51,682 bases of DNA, taken from positions 1 through 51,682 of the forward strand of contig PNMN01000001.1 in assembly GCA_013823655.1 (NCBI GenBank). Reading direction: 5' to 3'. Of the stretch, positions 1 to 8,938 are shown in pieces. Within the stretch, counting starts at the first letter, position 1, and each line of letters starts with the position of its first letter. A model generated the notes under the pieces. The model saw nothing but the letters and a program-made list of their open reading frames with translations. It was not told where the DNA came from and ran no database searches. This DNA comes from Comamonadaceae bacterium (GTDB lineage: Bacteria > Pseudomonadota > Gammaproteobacteria > Burkholderiales > Burkholderiaceae_C). Both the position numbers and the translations under genes were made by a program.

Positions 1-607
1 GGTAGTCCTGCGGCACGCGCTGCACACCCACGGCGGTGTTGATGACCATGGGCCAGATCGAGCAGATGAAGATGGTCCAGATGGCCGCCGGGTTGGCCCC
101 CTTGAACACCAGCAGACCGATGGGCAGCCAGGCCAGCGGCGAGACCGGGCGCAGCAGGCTGATGATCGGGTTGAACATGCGCGAGAGGAACACCGAGCGG
201 CCAATGGCAAAACCCGCCGGAATGCCGACCAGCGCCGCCAGGCCGAAGCCGATGGCCACGCGCTGCAGCGAGGCCAGCACGTTCCAGCCCACGCCCTGGT
301 CGTTCGGACCGTTGCTGTAGAACGGGTCGGCAAACACCTGCAGTGCCTGCGCCCAGGTCTCAAGGGGCTTGGGGATGCCGCTGTCGCTGGTGCTGGCAAT
401 CGCCTGCCACACCAGCACCAGCAAGGCCAGGCCCAGCAGCGGCGGCAGCAGCGCCATCCAGAAGCCGCGAAGATCGGGCGCCGGCTTTTTGGGGGCCGGT
501 GCGGCGGTGGCGGTGGGCGTGGGTGCGGTCATGGCTTTGGCGATGGGTGGCAAGGCGGGGCTGGCGGCCTGCGCCTCCAGCGGTGAGTGAAAAACAGCGG
601 CAACCAT
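1..607 (-). CDS. nrtB: Nitrate ABC transporter permease (NrtB/NasE), partial: runs off the left edge
   Basis: Not in the ORF track. Manual minus-strand translation from ATG 607: MVAAVFHSPLEAQ...DPFYSNGPNDQGVGWNVLASLQRV...LLRPVSPLAWLPIGLLVF...WPMVINTAVGVQRVPQDY, typical of NrtB/CmpB. GAAAGGA RBS upstream; follows nrtA. Confidence 0.93.
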   Translation of the reverse strand, partial: MVAAVFHSPLEAQAASPALPPIAKAMTAPTPTATAAPAPKKPAPDLRGFWMALLPPLLGLALLVLVWQAIASTSDSGIPKPLETWAQALQVFADPFYSNGPNDQGVGWNVLASLQRVAIGFGLAALVGIPAGFAIGRSVFLSRMFNPIISLLRPVSPLAWLPIGLLVFKGANPAAIWTIFICSIWPMVINTAVGVQRVPQDY

Positions 608-685
608 GGTGGATGTCCTTTCAGCGCAACGAGCGAAATGCTTTCTAACTAGAACGCCGCGGAACCGGCTTTGCCAGGCCGCCAG

Positions 686-710
686 CGTTGCCCCCCAGTG
701 GGGGGTGACG
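686..710 (-). other. Intercistronic GC-rich hairpin between nrtA and nrtB
   Basis: CGTTGCCCCCC-AGT-GGGGGGTGACG imperfect inverted repeat with no U-tract. Confidence 0.45.
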
Positions 711-733
711 CGCGCAGCGCGGCGCGGGGGGCG

Positions 734-2008
734 TCAAGCCTTGATGCGGAACGCATCGGCGTACTTCGCGGGGTCCTTGCCGTCCCACACCACGCCATCC
801 ATCAGCTTGCTGCTGCGCATGTCCGACGGCGGCAGCGGCGTCTTGCTGGCGCTGGCGGCCTGCTTGTAGATGTCGATGCGGTTGACCGCCTTGGCCACGG
901 CCAGGTAGTCCGGGTGGTCCTTGAGCAGGCCCCAGCGCTTGTGCTGGGTGAGGAACCACATGCCGTCGGACAGGTAGGGGAAGTTCACTGCGCCGTTGTC
1001 GTAGAACTTCATGAAGTTCGGGTCGTCCCAGGTTTTGCCCAGGCCGTTCTGGTAGCGACCCAGGATGCGCTGGTTGATGGCGTCCACGCTGGTGTTCACG
1101 TAGGCGCGCTGCGCAATGGTCTCGGCCATCTTGATTTTGTTTTGCAGGCTGCTGTCGATCCACCTGCCCGCCTCCAGAATGGCTGCCGTCACGGCGCGCG
1201 CCGTGTTGGGGTGCTTCTGCGCGAATTCGGCCGTGGTGCCCAGCACCTTTTCGGGGTGGTCTTTCCAGATGTCCTGCGTGGTGGTGGCGGTGATGCCGAT
1301 GCCGTCGATGATGGCGCGGTGGTTCCAGGGTTCGCCGACGCAGAAGCCGTCCATGTTGCCCACGCGCATGTTGGCCACCATCTGCGGCGGCGGCACGGTG
1401 ACGATCTTGGCCCCCTTCATCGGGTTGATGCCGTTGGCCGCCAGCCAGTAGTACAGCCACATGGCATGGGTGCCGGTGGGGAAGGTCTGGGCGAAGGTGT
1501 ATTCGCGCGGGTTGGCGGCCATCACCTTGGCCAGACTGGCGCCGTCCACCGCGCCGGCATCGGCCAGTTTCTTCGACAGCGTGATCGCCTGGCCGTTGCG
1601 GTTCAGAGTCATCAGCACGGCCATGTCTTTCTTGGCCCCACCGATGCCGAGCTGCACGCCGTAGATCAGACCGTAGAGCACATGGGCGAAGTCCAATTCG
1701 CCGTTGACCAGTTTGTCGCGCACGCCGGGCCAGCTGGCTTCCTTGGTCGGCACGATCTTCACGCCGTACTTTTTGTCGATGCCGAGCTCGGCGGCCATCA
1801 CCACGCTGGCGCAGTCGGTCAGCGGGATGAAGCCGATCTTGACCTCGGTCTTTTCGGGTGCGTCGGACCCGGCGGCCCAGACACCGCTGTGGCCCAGGGT
1901 GGAAAAGAAGGTGGCCGCCGCCGCCCCTTTCTTGATGAAGTCGCGCCGTCCGGCGTCGGCGGTGGGCGTGCTCGGACTGGCGGTGATGGGGTGGGTTCCG
2001 GTGCTCAT
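734..2008 (-). CDS. nrtA: Nitrate ABC transporter substrate-binding protein (NrtA/CmpA/NasF), Tat-exported
   Basis: Motifs GFIPLTDCA, SWPGVRDKLVNGELD, TFPTGTHAMWLYYWL, PPPQMVANMRVG, GEPWN, HPEKV. Twin-arginine signal GRRDFIK. AAGGAG RBS before ATG 2008, so the ORF-track start at 2164 is too long. Confidence 0.95.
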   Translation of the reverse strand: MSTGTHPITASPSTPTADAGRRDFIKKGAAAATFFSTLGHSGVWAAGSDAPEKTEVKIGFIPLTDCASVVMAAELGIDKKYGVKIVPTKEASWPGVRDKLVNGELDFAHVLYGLIYGVQLGIGGAKKDMAVLMTLNRNGQAITLSKKLADAGAVDGASLAKVMAANPREYTFAQTFPTGTHAMWLYYWLAANGINPMKGAKIVTVPPPQMVANMRVGNMDGFCVGEPWNHRAIIDGIGITATTTQDIWKDHPEKVLGTTAEFAQKHPNTARAVTAAILEAGRWIDSSLQNKIKMAETIAQRAYVNTSVDAINQRILGRYQNGLGKTWDDPNFMKFYDNGAVNFPYLSDGMWFLTQHKRWGLLKDHPDYLAVAKAVNRIDIYKQAASASKTPLPPSDMRSSKLMDGVVWDGKDPAKYADAFRIKA

Positions 2009-2042
2009 GTCAACTCCTTCGAGGTTAAAAATCGGTGGCCCC

Positions 2043-2101
2043 AAAAACGAAACGGCGCCCATTGCAAGACCTGCGCGCAGCAGATCGGCAATGGACGCCG
2101 T
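2043..2101 (-). terminator. Intrinsic terminator (attenuator) in the nrtA leader
   Basis: Minus strand ACGGCGTCCATTGC...GCAATGGGCGCCGT stem followed by TTCGTTTTT. Its 5' arm overlaps ANTAR hairpin P2. Confidence 0.85.
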
Positions 2102-2149
2102 TGTCCGTGTCTGGGAAGACTTGCTCGGCAAGGAGCCGCCATTGGCCCC
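2093..2149 (-). promoter_or_regulatory. ANTAR-target twin-hairpin RNA element (NasR binding site)
   Basis: P1 GGGGCC-AAUGGC-GGCUCC (2149-2132) and P2 GGAC-AACGGC-GUCC (2106-2093). Both hexaloops have A1 and G4; 25-nt spacer; next to an ANTAR gene. Confidence 0.88.
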
Positions 2150-2167
2150 GCCCGTTGATGACATTCA

Positions 2168-2183
2168 AGCAGAGACCGTGCCA
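2168..2183 (-). promoter_or_regulatory. Sigma54 (-24/-12) promoter of the nrtA operon
   Basis: TGGCACGGTCTCTGCT (GG-N10-GC). Predicted +1 near 2157, just upstream of P1. Confidence 0.85.
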
Positions 2184-2273
2184 GGTCCTGACTGGGCCTT
2201 TTCAAATGCTGCAAGTATTATGATTTAAAAAGAAAAAATACCTGTTCTGGGTGGTTTTGTCGGCGCTTCTCTG

Positions 2274-2328
2274 GCCCCGGGTTGGTGCGGCTGCTCGGTT
2301 CGGGGCGGAATCGGCACGCTCCTTGTGC
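2274..2328. promoter_or_regulatory. Putative NtrC enhancer sites
   Basis: GCAC-N7-GTGC at 2314-2328 and GCCC-N7-GTGC at 2274-2288, about 90-145 bp upstream of the sigma54 promoter, separated from it by an AT-rich tract (2200-2240). Confidence 0.6.
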
Positions 2329-2389
2329 GCCGCAGCAGACGGGGTGACGGCGTCAGCCGGTGCGCGGCCTGCGCGAAAGACGCGCACCT

Positions 2390-3685
2390 TCAGCGCATGG
2401 GGCGCTCGGGCAGCACCTCGGCCATGGACAGCACGGCTGCGGCGACCTCGATCAGGCGGCGGTTCTGGTTCATGGCCATCTGGCGCATGGTTTTGTGCGC
2501 GGCGTCTTCGCTCAGGTGGCGGTGGGCCATGAGCAGGCCCTTGGCGCGCTCGATCATCTTGCGCTCGTTGAGGCTGGCGCGCACGGTGTCGAGCTCGTCG
2601 CCCATGCGCTGCAGGCGCTGGGCCTGGTCGCGCACCAGTTCGTGGATGGCGCGTTCCAGCTGCGGCCCGTACGGCTGCCCCGGCTGTGCCAGCGTCACCG
2701 GCAGGGGCGGCGCCTGACCCGGGTCGTCCTCGAAAAAGTCCGCGCCCTGGGCCGTGGCGCCGGGTGCGGCACCGCTCACGCTGGCCTGCAGCCGCTCCAG
2801 GGTGGCCAGGTCCAGCTCGGCCGCGCGCGCACGCTGGCCGCACAGGGCCAGCAGCTCGGTGGCCAGAGCGTCTTCCACGGTCTTCATGGCGTCGATGCGG
2901 CGGGTGCAGGCGTCGAACCAGGTCCGGCTGGTTTCAGCGTCCAGGGCGGCACCGGCCAAGGCGGTGCACAGGATGCGCCGCAGCCGCTCCAGGCTGGCCA
3001 GCATGTCCGGGCGCTGCGCCTGCTGCCAGAGCTGTTGCAGCGCCTCGTCGGCAAAGTCGGCAAACACCTGCAGGCAGCGCTCCTGCGAATCGATCAGGTG
3101 CAGCAGACGTTGCTGACCCTCGGCGTGCGCGCGCCCGGCAGCGAACAGCGCGGCGCCGGTGGCGCGCTCCTGCCCCGCAAACTCCTTGCCCTGCATGAAG
3201 TTGAAAAGAGCCACCAGGTGGCGCGAGATGCCTGGGTCCCAGGCGCTGTCGGCGGCCTCGAACACCACCGCCAGCAAGGCGTTGATGAGCCGGATGTAGG
3301 CGGCGCTGGCCTGGGTGGCGTTCCAGGTCTGGGTCTGCACCTGTTCACGCAGGCGGGGCAGGGCGCTCAACCCCTGCAGCGCGTAGGCGATGCGGCCAAA
3401 CAGCCGCGCACGGTGACCGCTCAGAGCGGCCTCGGTGTCCATCTGGTCAAAACAGGCCAGCACCTCGGTTTGCAGCGCCTGGCTGTGTTCGATCTGCTCG
3501 CGGCGCTCCACCGCCCAGCGCTGGCCTTGCGAGCCGAGGTACAGATTGGACAGACCGCGCTCGCGCTGCAGGGCGTGCACCAGCCGCGCCACGGCACTGA
3601 CCAGTTCACTGGTCAGTGCCAGTTGCCGCAGACCGGCGATCTCGCACCGCTTGGCCGCCATCAAGAAACTCAGAGCCGATTTCAT
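2390..3685 (-). CDS. nasR: Nitrate/nitrite-sensing antiterminator NasR (NIT + ANTAR domains)
   Basis: NIT motifs LVHALQRERGLS and FMQGKEFAGQERATG; C-terminal ANTAR LNERKMIERAKGLLM...SEDAAHKTMRQMAMNQN. Lies upstream of the nitrate transporter. Confidence 0.93.
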   Translation of the reverse strand: MKSALSFLMAAKRCEIAGLRQLALTSELVSAVARLVHALQRERGLSNLYLGSQGQRWAVERREQIEHSQALQTEVLACFDQMDTEAALSGHRARLFGRIAYALQGLSALPRLREQVQTQTWNATQASAAYIRLINALLAVVFEAADSAWDPGISRHLVALFNFMQGKEFAGQERATGAALFAAGRAHAEGQQRLLHLIDSQERCLQVFADFADEALQQLWQQAQRPDMLASLERLRRILCTALAGAALDAETSRTWFDACTRRIDAMKTVEDALATELLALCGQRARAAELDLATLERLQASVSGAAPGATAQGADFFEDDPGQAPPLPVTLAQPGQPYGPQLERAIHELVRDQAQRLQRMGDELDTVRASLNERKMIERAKGLLMAHRHLSEDAAHKTMRQMAMNQNRRLIEVAAAVLSMAEVLPERPMR

Positions 3686-3697
3686 GTCCGGAATGAA

Positions 3698-3713
3698 AGC
3701 AACATTCGCGCCA
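3698..3713 (-). promoter_or_regulatory. Sigma54 promoter of nasR
   Basis: TGGCGCGAATGTTGCT, close to the TGGCRC-N5-TTGCW consensus. Confidence 0.72.
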
Positions 3714-3751
3714 TGAAATCGGTGCCCCACGCAAGAGGCGGCATGTGGGGC

Positions 3752-4447
3752 TCAGGTTGCCTGCATGCCGTGGCGGCGCTTGGTTTCAGCGGTGGCGGGA
3801 CTCGCCAGGAAGGCCAGGAACTGCCGCACGGCACCGGGTTGCTGCGATCGGGTGGTTTGTGCGGCGCTGAAGGTGGTGACGATCTGTGCCGCTTCGGGCA
3901 GGCCACCGATGACCTGGATGCCCGGCAGGTGCATCAGTTCGCTGAGCTGCTGAAAACCCAGCGCCACCGCGCCCTGGGCCACCAGCGAGCCCACCGGCAC
4001 GCCCGGCGGCGCGGTCACCATGCGGGGCGCGATCTGCTGCGCGATGCCCCAGCGTTCAAACAGCGCGGCCAGCTGCACGCCGCTCGGTCCGGTGGAGCAG
4101 CCCAGCGTGGGTGCGGCCAGCACGGCGGCTTTCAGCGCCGCTTCGCTCCCGATATCGGGCACTGGCGCACCGGCGGGCACCGCCACGGCCACGGCGGACC
4201 GGACCATGTCGGTGCGGGTCTCGCCCCGTACAAATCCACCGGCGGCCAGTTTCTCGATGGCGTCGGAGGCCAGCGCCACGATGTCGAACGCCTCGCCGGC
4301 CTGCACGCGCTGGGCCGCGTCCACGCCCCCCACCGAGGTCACGGTCACCGTGATGCCCGGGTGCTGCTGCGCAAACCTGGCCACCAGGTCGGCCAGCAAG
4401 GCCTTGGTGGCCATGGAAGAGATCAGGGTCAGGGTGGTGGGCGACAT
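3752..4447 (-). CDS. ModA-like substrate-binding-fold protein (SBP_bac_11 type) with no signal peptide
   Basis: Motifs [50 protein letters not shown]. The N-terminus starts directly at the first beta-strand. Confidence 0.75.
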   Translation of the reverse strand: MSPTTLTLISSMATKALLADLVARFAQQHPGITVTVTSVGGVDAAQRVQAGEAFDIVALASDAIEKLAAGGFVRGETRTDMVRSAVAVAVPAGAPVPDIGSEAALKAAVLAAPTLGCSTGPSGVQLAALFERWGIAQQIAPRMVTAPPGVPVGSLVAQGAVALGFQQLSELMHLPGIQVIGGLPEAAQIVTTFSAAQTTRSQQPGAVRQFLAFLASPATAETKRRHGMQAT

Positions 4448-4571
4448 GGTGGCGGTTCGGGCTGGATGCGGAGCTTCAGCCTACCAAAGCGCTCGCGGCC
4501 TGCCCCTGGCTGTCGGCTACTTTCTGTTATCGGTCGTCGGCATGGCGGGCCGGGCCGTACACTCCCGGCCC

Positions 4572-5678
4572 ATGCTGATCCTGGGCTTTGAATCTTCCTG
4601 CGACGAAACCGGCGTGGCCCTGGTCGACGCCAGTGGCAGCGCCACGCCGCGCCTGCTCGGCCATGCGCTGCACAGCCAGATCGAGATGCACCAGGCCTAC
4701 GGCGGCGTGGTGCCCGAGCTGGCCAGCCGCGACCACATCCGCCGCGTGCTGCCCCTGACCGACGCCGTGCTGGCGCAGGCCAGACTGCCGCTGTCGGCGG
4801 TAGACGCCATCGCCTACACCCGCGGCCCCGGCCTGGCGGGAGCTTTGCTGGTCGGCTCGGGTGTCGCCTGTGCCATGGCCATGGCGCTGGGCAAACCGGT
4901 GTTGGGCGTGCACCACCTCGAAGGGCATCTGCTGTCGCCGTTCTTGAGCGCCGACCCGCCCGAGTTCCCGTTTGTCGCCCTGCTGGTCTCGGGCGGCCAC
5001 ACGCAGCTGATGCGGGTCGATGGCGTGGGCCGCTACCAGCTGCTGGGTGAAACCATCGACGACGCGGCCGGCGAGGCTTTTGACAAATCGGCCAAGCTGC
5101 TCGGTCTGGGCTACCCCGGTGGCCCGGCACTGGCCCAACGCGCGGAGCAGGGCAGCGCCACCGCCTACAAATTCCCGCGCCCGCTGCTGCACAGCGGTGA
5201 TCTCGACTTTTCCTTTGCCGGGCTCAAGACGGCGGTGCTGACGCAAGTGAAACGCCTCGCCCACGCGCGACCCGAAGGCCCGGCCACACCGCAGCTGGCC
5301 GAGGCGCTGGATGCGACACAGATCGCCGACGTGGCCGCCAGCGTGCAGGCCGCCATCGTCGAGGTGCTGGTGAAAAAGTCGCTCGCCGCGGTCGAAGCCA
5401 CCGGGCTCGGTCGGCTGGTGGTGGCCGGGGGTGTGGGCGCCAATGCGCGCTTGCGCGAGCAGCTCAACGCGGCCTGCGCCCAGCGTCGGGTGCGGGTGCA
5501 TTACCCCGAGTTGCACCTGTGCACCGACAACGGCGCCATGATCGCGCTGGCCGCCGGGTTGCGCTTTCAGACGGGCTTGCTGCCCGCAGCGGGTGCCGCT
5601 CCCGCCTACCGGTTCGATGTGCGTCCACGCTGGCCCTTGTCCGAATCGGCTGCCCAGACCGGCGTGCTGCCCGAATGA
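4572..5678 (+). CDS. tsaD: tRNA N6-adenosine threonylcarbamoyltransferase TsaD
   Basis: [59 protein letters not shown]. Confidence 0.97.
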   Translation: MLILGFESSCDETGVALVDASGSATPRLLGHALHSQIEMHQAYGGVVPELASRDHIRRVLPLTDAVLAQARLPLSAVDAIAYTRGPGLAGALLVGSGVACAMAMALGKPVLGVHHLEGHLLSPFLSADPPEFPFVALLVSGGHTQLMRVDGVGRYQLLGETIDDAAGEAFDKSAKLLGLGYPGGPALAQRAEQGSATAYKFPRPLLHSGDLDFSFAGLKTAVLTQVKRLAHARPEGPATPQLAEALDATQIADVAASVQAAIVEVLVKKSLAAVEATGLGRLVVAGGVGANARLREQLNAACAQRRVRVHYPELHLCTDNGAMIALAAGLRFQTGLLPAAGAAPAYRFDVRPRWPLSESAAQTGVLPE

Positions 5679-5844
5679 AGCACCCCCGCGTCGCTTCGCG
5701 CACCCTCAAGCGGTGCGGCACTGGCCGTCCGGCGGTGCTCCGGGGGTGGTCCGTTTCATGCGTCGTGGGTCGCGCGCAGCGCGGTGGAGCAACTGACCTG
5801 GCCCATGGCCCATGGCCCAGGTCCCAACGCCCGGGAAATGCCGA

Positions 5845-5861
5845 TGTAATTATGAATTACA
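5845..5861. promoter_or_regulatory. Palindromic operator candidate overlapping a -10-like hexamer
   Basis: TGTAATT-ATG-AATTACA with perfect 7-bp arms, AT-rich in GC-rich DNA; overlaps TACACT (5858-5863). Confidence 0.6.
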
Positions 5862-5955
5862 CTGCACGGCCCGGTTTCCCGAGCGACACCTGGCGGCGAC
5901 CTTGAGCGCCTTTGCCCAAGGCCCGACGGGCCTTGAACCACGGAGCACTTGTCCC

Positions 5956-7242
5956 ATGAAATCCTTGCATTCCCTGCGCTGCCGCGTTCTGGCGGCCCTG
6001 CTGCTGGGTGCCGCTGGCGCCAGCGTCGCAGCGGCACCGAGCACCCCCGCCAACGCCGCACCGATCCGCATCGGCATGATCGAAGGGCTGTCCGGCCCGT
6101 TCGCCAACACCGGCGAGGCGGTTTTTCGCAACCTGGTGTGGGCCACCGAGCGCGTCAACGCCCGTGGTGGCGTGAAGCTGCCGGGCGGCAACCGTCCGCT
6201 GGAGATCGTGCGGTTTGACAGCAAGGGCCAGACCGAGGAAGCGCTGTCGGCGTTGCGCTCGGCGGTGGACCGCGACATCACGGTGGTTGCCCAGGGCAAC
6301 TCGTCGGCGCCCGCTTCGGCGTTGATCGATGCCATCAACAAACACAACCAGCGCGACACGGCCCGCCAGGTGCTGTTTCTGAACTATTCGGCGGTGGTGC
6401 CGGCGCTGACCAACGAGCAGTGCAGCTTCTGGCATTTCCGTTTCGATGCCCACGCCGACATGCGCATGACCGCGCTCATGAGCGTGCTGCAGGACGACAA
6501 GGCGCTCAAGAGCATCTACCTGATCGGGCAGGACTACAGCTTTGGCCAGGCGGTGCTCGGCGAAGCGCGTCGCCAGCTGGCAGCGAAGCGGCCCGATGTG
6601 AAGATCGTCGGCGATGAGCTGCACCCCTTGGCGCGCGTGAAAGACTTCGCGCCCTACGCCGCCAAGCTCAGGGCCAGCGGCGCACAGGCCGTTCTCACCG
6701 GCAACTGGGGCAACGACCTGACGCTGCTGGTGAAGGCCGCTCGGGAGGCCGGCTTCGAAGGCACGTTCTACACCTTCTATGGCAACGCACTGGGCGCGCC
6801 GGCCGCCATTGGCGAAGCCGGTATCGGCAAGGTGATTGCCGTGGCCGACTGGTTCCCCAACCTGCCCACGGCGGAGTCCGAGGCCTTCTACCGCTCGTTC
6901 CGCCAGCGTTTCCCCAACCCGGCCGACGACTACGTGCACATGCGCATGCAGCTCATGATCGAAGCGCTGGCCCAGGCCATCGAGCGCGCCGGGTCGGTGA
7001 AGGCGGCGGACATCGCGGCCCAGCTGGAAAAGGCCGAGGTCAGGCTGGCCGGACAGAGCGCCCGCATGCGCGCTGCCGACCACCAGTTCCAGCAGCCGCT
7101 GGCGGTGGCCGTGATGGACCGCCAGGGCACGCCCGGCGTGAAGTTTGACGTCGAGGGCTCGGGCTACGGCTTTCGCGTGATCCGCCAGCTGACGCCTCAG
7201 CAGGCCGAACAGCCGCACAGCTGTAACATGGCTCGGCCCTGA
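5956..7242 (+). CDS. Branched-chain amino acid-type ABC substrate-binding protein (LivJ/PBP1 family)
   Basis: Signal peptide, then IRIGMIEGLSGPFA, CSFWHFRFDAHADMRM, IGQDYSFGQ, TGNWGNDL, MRAADHQFQQPL. Confidence 0.88.
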   Translation: MKSLHSLRCRVLAALLLGAAGASVAAAPSTPANAAPIRIGMIEGLSGPFANTGEAVFRNLVWATERVNARGGVKLPGGNRPLEIVRFDSKGQTEEALSALRSAVDRDITVVAQGNSSAPASALIDAINKHNQRDTARQVLFLNYSAVVPALTNEQCSFWHFRFDAHADMRMTALMSVLQDDKALKSIYLIGQDYSFGQAVLGEARRQLAAKRPDVKIVGDELHPLARVKDFAPYAAKLRASGAQAVLTGNWGNDLTLLVKAAREAGFEGTFYTFYGNALGAPAAIGEAGIGKVIAVADWFPNLPTAESEAFYRSFRQRFPNPADDYVHMRMQLMIEALAQAIERAGSVKAADIAAQLEKAEVRLAGQSARMRAADHQFQQPLAVAVMDRQGTPGVKFDVEGSGYGFRVIRQLTPQQAEQPHSCNMARP

Positions 7243-7267
7243 TCCAGGGCGTTTGGCTGGAGCGGGC

Positions 7268-8458
7268 ATGCGGACAGTGGTTGACGGTTTGGAAGAGTCG
7301 CGCATCCGCGAGGTGGCCAACGAAGGGCTGGGCCGCGCCGACGTGCTCAGGTTCTGGTTTGGCGAGAGCGACGAGGTCACGCCGACCTTCATCCGCGAGG
7401 CGGCCATCGCCTCGCTGCACGCAGGCGAAACCTTCTACGCCCACAACCTCGGTCTGCCCGAGTTGCGCCATGCCATCGCTGGCTACACCCACGGCCTGCA
7501 CCCACAACAGAGCACCGACCACTGGTTCGACCGCATCGCCGTCACCTCCGGTGGCGTCAACGGCCTGATGCTGGCCTCGCAGGCGCTGGTGAATGCGGGC
7601 GACGAGGTGGTGGTGGTCACGCCGGCCTGGCCCAACCTGGTGGCGCAGCCGCAGATCATGGGCGCCACGGTGAAAACGGTGCCGCTGCGGGTGGTGCTGC
7701 AAGGCGACCGCGCCGGAGCCTGGGTGCTGGACATGGCCGCGTTGCTGTCCGCCATCACCCCGGCCACGCGCCTGCTGATCGTCAACGCGCCCAACAACCC
7801 GACCGGCTGGACGCTGACCCGAGAAGAGCAGGCGGCCATCCTCGCGCACTGCCGCGCCACCGGCACCTGGGTGCTGGCCGACGAGGTGTACGAGCGCCTG
7901 TACTACGCAGGTGACAGCCCGAACGGCGCAGCACCCAGTTTTCTGGATGTGTCCGAACCCGACGACCGCCTGATCGTCGCCCACAGCCTTTCCAAGAGCT
8001 TTCTGATGACCGGCTGGCGCCTGGGCTGGCTGGTGCTGCCCCCGGCGCTGACCCACGCCGTCGGCAAACTGATCGAGTTCAACACCTCCTGCGCGCCGGT
8101 GTTCACCCAGCGCGCCGCGGTGGTGGCGCTGCAGCGCGGCGCCGAGGTCACGCCCGCGCTGGTGGCCCGCCTGCAAACCTGTCGCGACACGCTGGTGCCC
8201 TTGCTCAAAGCGCTGCCCGGCGTGACACTGGCCGAGCCCCGGGGCGGCATGTACGCCTTTTTCAAGCTGGAAGGTCACGGCGACTGCCTGGCCACCGCCA
8301 AGCGCCTGGTGCGCGAGGCCGGTCTGGGTCTGGCGCCCGGCAGCGCCTTCGGGCCAGAGGCCACCGGCTGGCTGCGCTGGTGTTTCGCCAGCCGCGATCC
8401 CCAGCGCCTGGCCCTCGGCGTGGATCGCCTGCGCCACTGGCTGGGCACGCCCGTTTGA
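7268..8458 (+). CDS. PLP-dependent aminotransferase, class I/II
   Basis: [33 protein letters not shown] (PLP lysine), [16 protein letters not shown]. Confidence 0.92.
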   Translation: MRTVVDGLEESRIREVANEGLGRADVLRFWFGESDEVTPTFIREAAIASLHAGETFYAHNLGLPELRHAIAGYTHGLHPQQSTDHWFDRIAVTSGGVNGLMLASQALVNAGDEVVVVTPAWPNLVAQPQIMGATVKTVPLRVVLQGDRAGAWVLDMAALLSAITPATRLLIVNAPNNPTGWTLTREEQAAILAHCRATGTWVLADEVYERLYYAGDSPNGAAPSFLDVSEPDDRLIVAHSLSKSFLMTGWRLGWLVLPPALTHAVGKLIEFNTSCAPVFTQRAAVVALQRGAEVTPALVARLQTCRDTLVPLLKALPGVTLAEPRGGMYAFFKLEGHGDCLATAKRLVREAGLGLAPGSAFGPEATGWLRWCFASRDPQRLALGVDRLRHWLGTPV

Positions 8459-8470
8459 AACCCGCTGGGC

Positions 8471-8476
8471 TATAAT
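8471..8476 (+). promoter_or_regulatory. -10 element of the rpsO promoter
   Basis: Perfect TATAAT about 115 bp upstream of rpsO; no properly spaced -35 seen. Confidence 0.5.
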
Positions 8477-8591
8477 TCGCGGTTGCCGTTCATATGGATG
8501 GCAAATCACGCCCGTTGCGGCAGCCGGACCTGGATCGTTTTCAGGGGCCTGCCCGCTGCGCCGGGACGCAAGTAACCCCAAGGAAATAGCC

Positions 8592-8858
8592 ATGATCGCT
8601 CAATCCGTCAAAGCCGCTGTGGTGGCCGACAACGCCCGCGCTGCCAACGACACCGGCAGCCCCGAAGTGCAGGTCGCCATCCTGACCGCACGCATCAACG
8701 AACTGACCCCCCACTTCAAGCAACACGCCAAAGACCACCACGGTCGCCGCGGCCTGCTGCGCATGGTGAGCCGCCGCCGCAAGCTGCTGGACTACCTGAA
8801 GTCCAAGGACGCCGACCGCTACGTTGCCCTGATCGCCAAACTGGGCCTGCGCAAGTAA
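8592..8858 (+). CDS. rpsO: 30S ribosomal protein S15
   Basis: [50 protein letters not shown]. Confidence 0.99.
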   Translation: MIAQSVKAAVVADNARAANDTGSPEVQVAILTARINELTPHFKQHAKDHHGRRGLLRMVSRRRKLLDYLKSKDADRYVALIAKLGLRK

Positions 8859-8878
8859 TTGGCCCCGGCATGACGCGC

Positions 8879-8918
8879 AAAACGCCTGAGTTGGTTCGCT
8901 GGCTCGGGCGTTTTTTGC
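8879..8918 (+). terminator. Intrinsic terminator after rpsO
   Basis: AAAACGCCTGAG...CTCGGGCGTTTTTT. Confidence 0.8.
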
Positions 8919-8938
8919 TTGTTTGACCCCTTTTTGTT

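Noticed and set aside
2200-2240. IHF site in the nrtA promoter
   Set aside because: AT-rich and well placed, but it does not fit WATCAA-N4-TTR cleanly; noted only as an AT tract.
4020-4571. N-terminal extensions in ORF-track calls (tsaD shown; likewise tpiA, nuoC/F/H/J/L, rsxB and the amidotransferase)
   Set aside because: They overlap neighbouring genes; the conserved N-termini and RBS positions indicate downstream starts.
5799-5822. TGGCCCA tandem repeat (about 3 copies)
   Set aside because: Too short, with no spacers; not CRISPR-like and plausible by chance in GC-rich DNA.
5870-5950. Riboswitch (e.g. SAH) in the binding-protein leader
   Set aside because: Only one simple hairpin is visible and I could not match a conserved aptamer core. 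An Rfam/Infernal scan would settle it.
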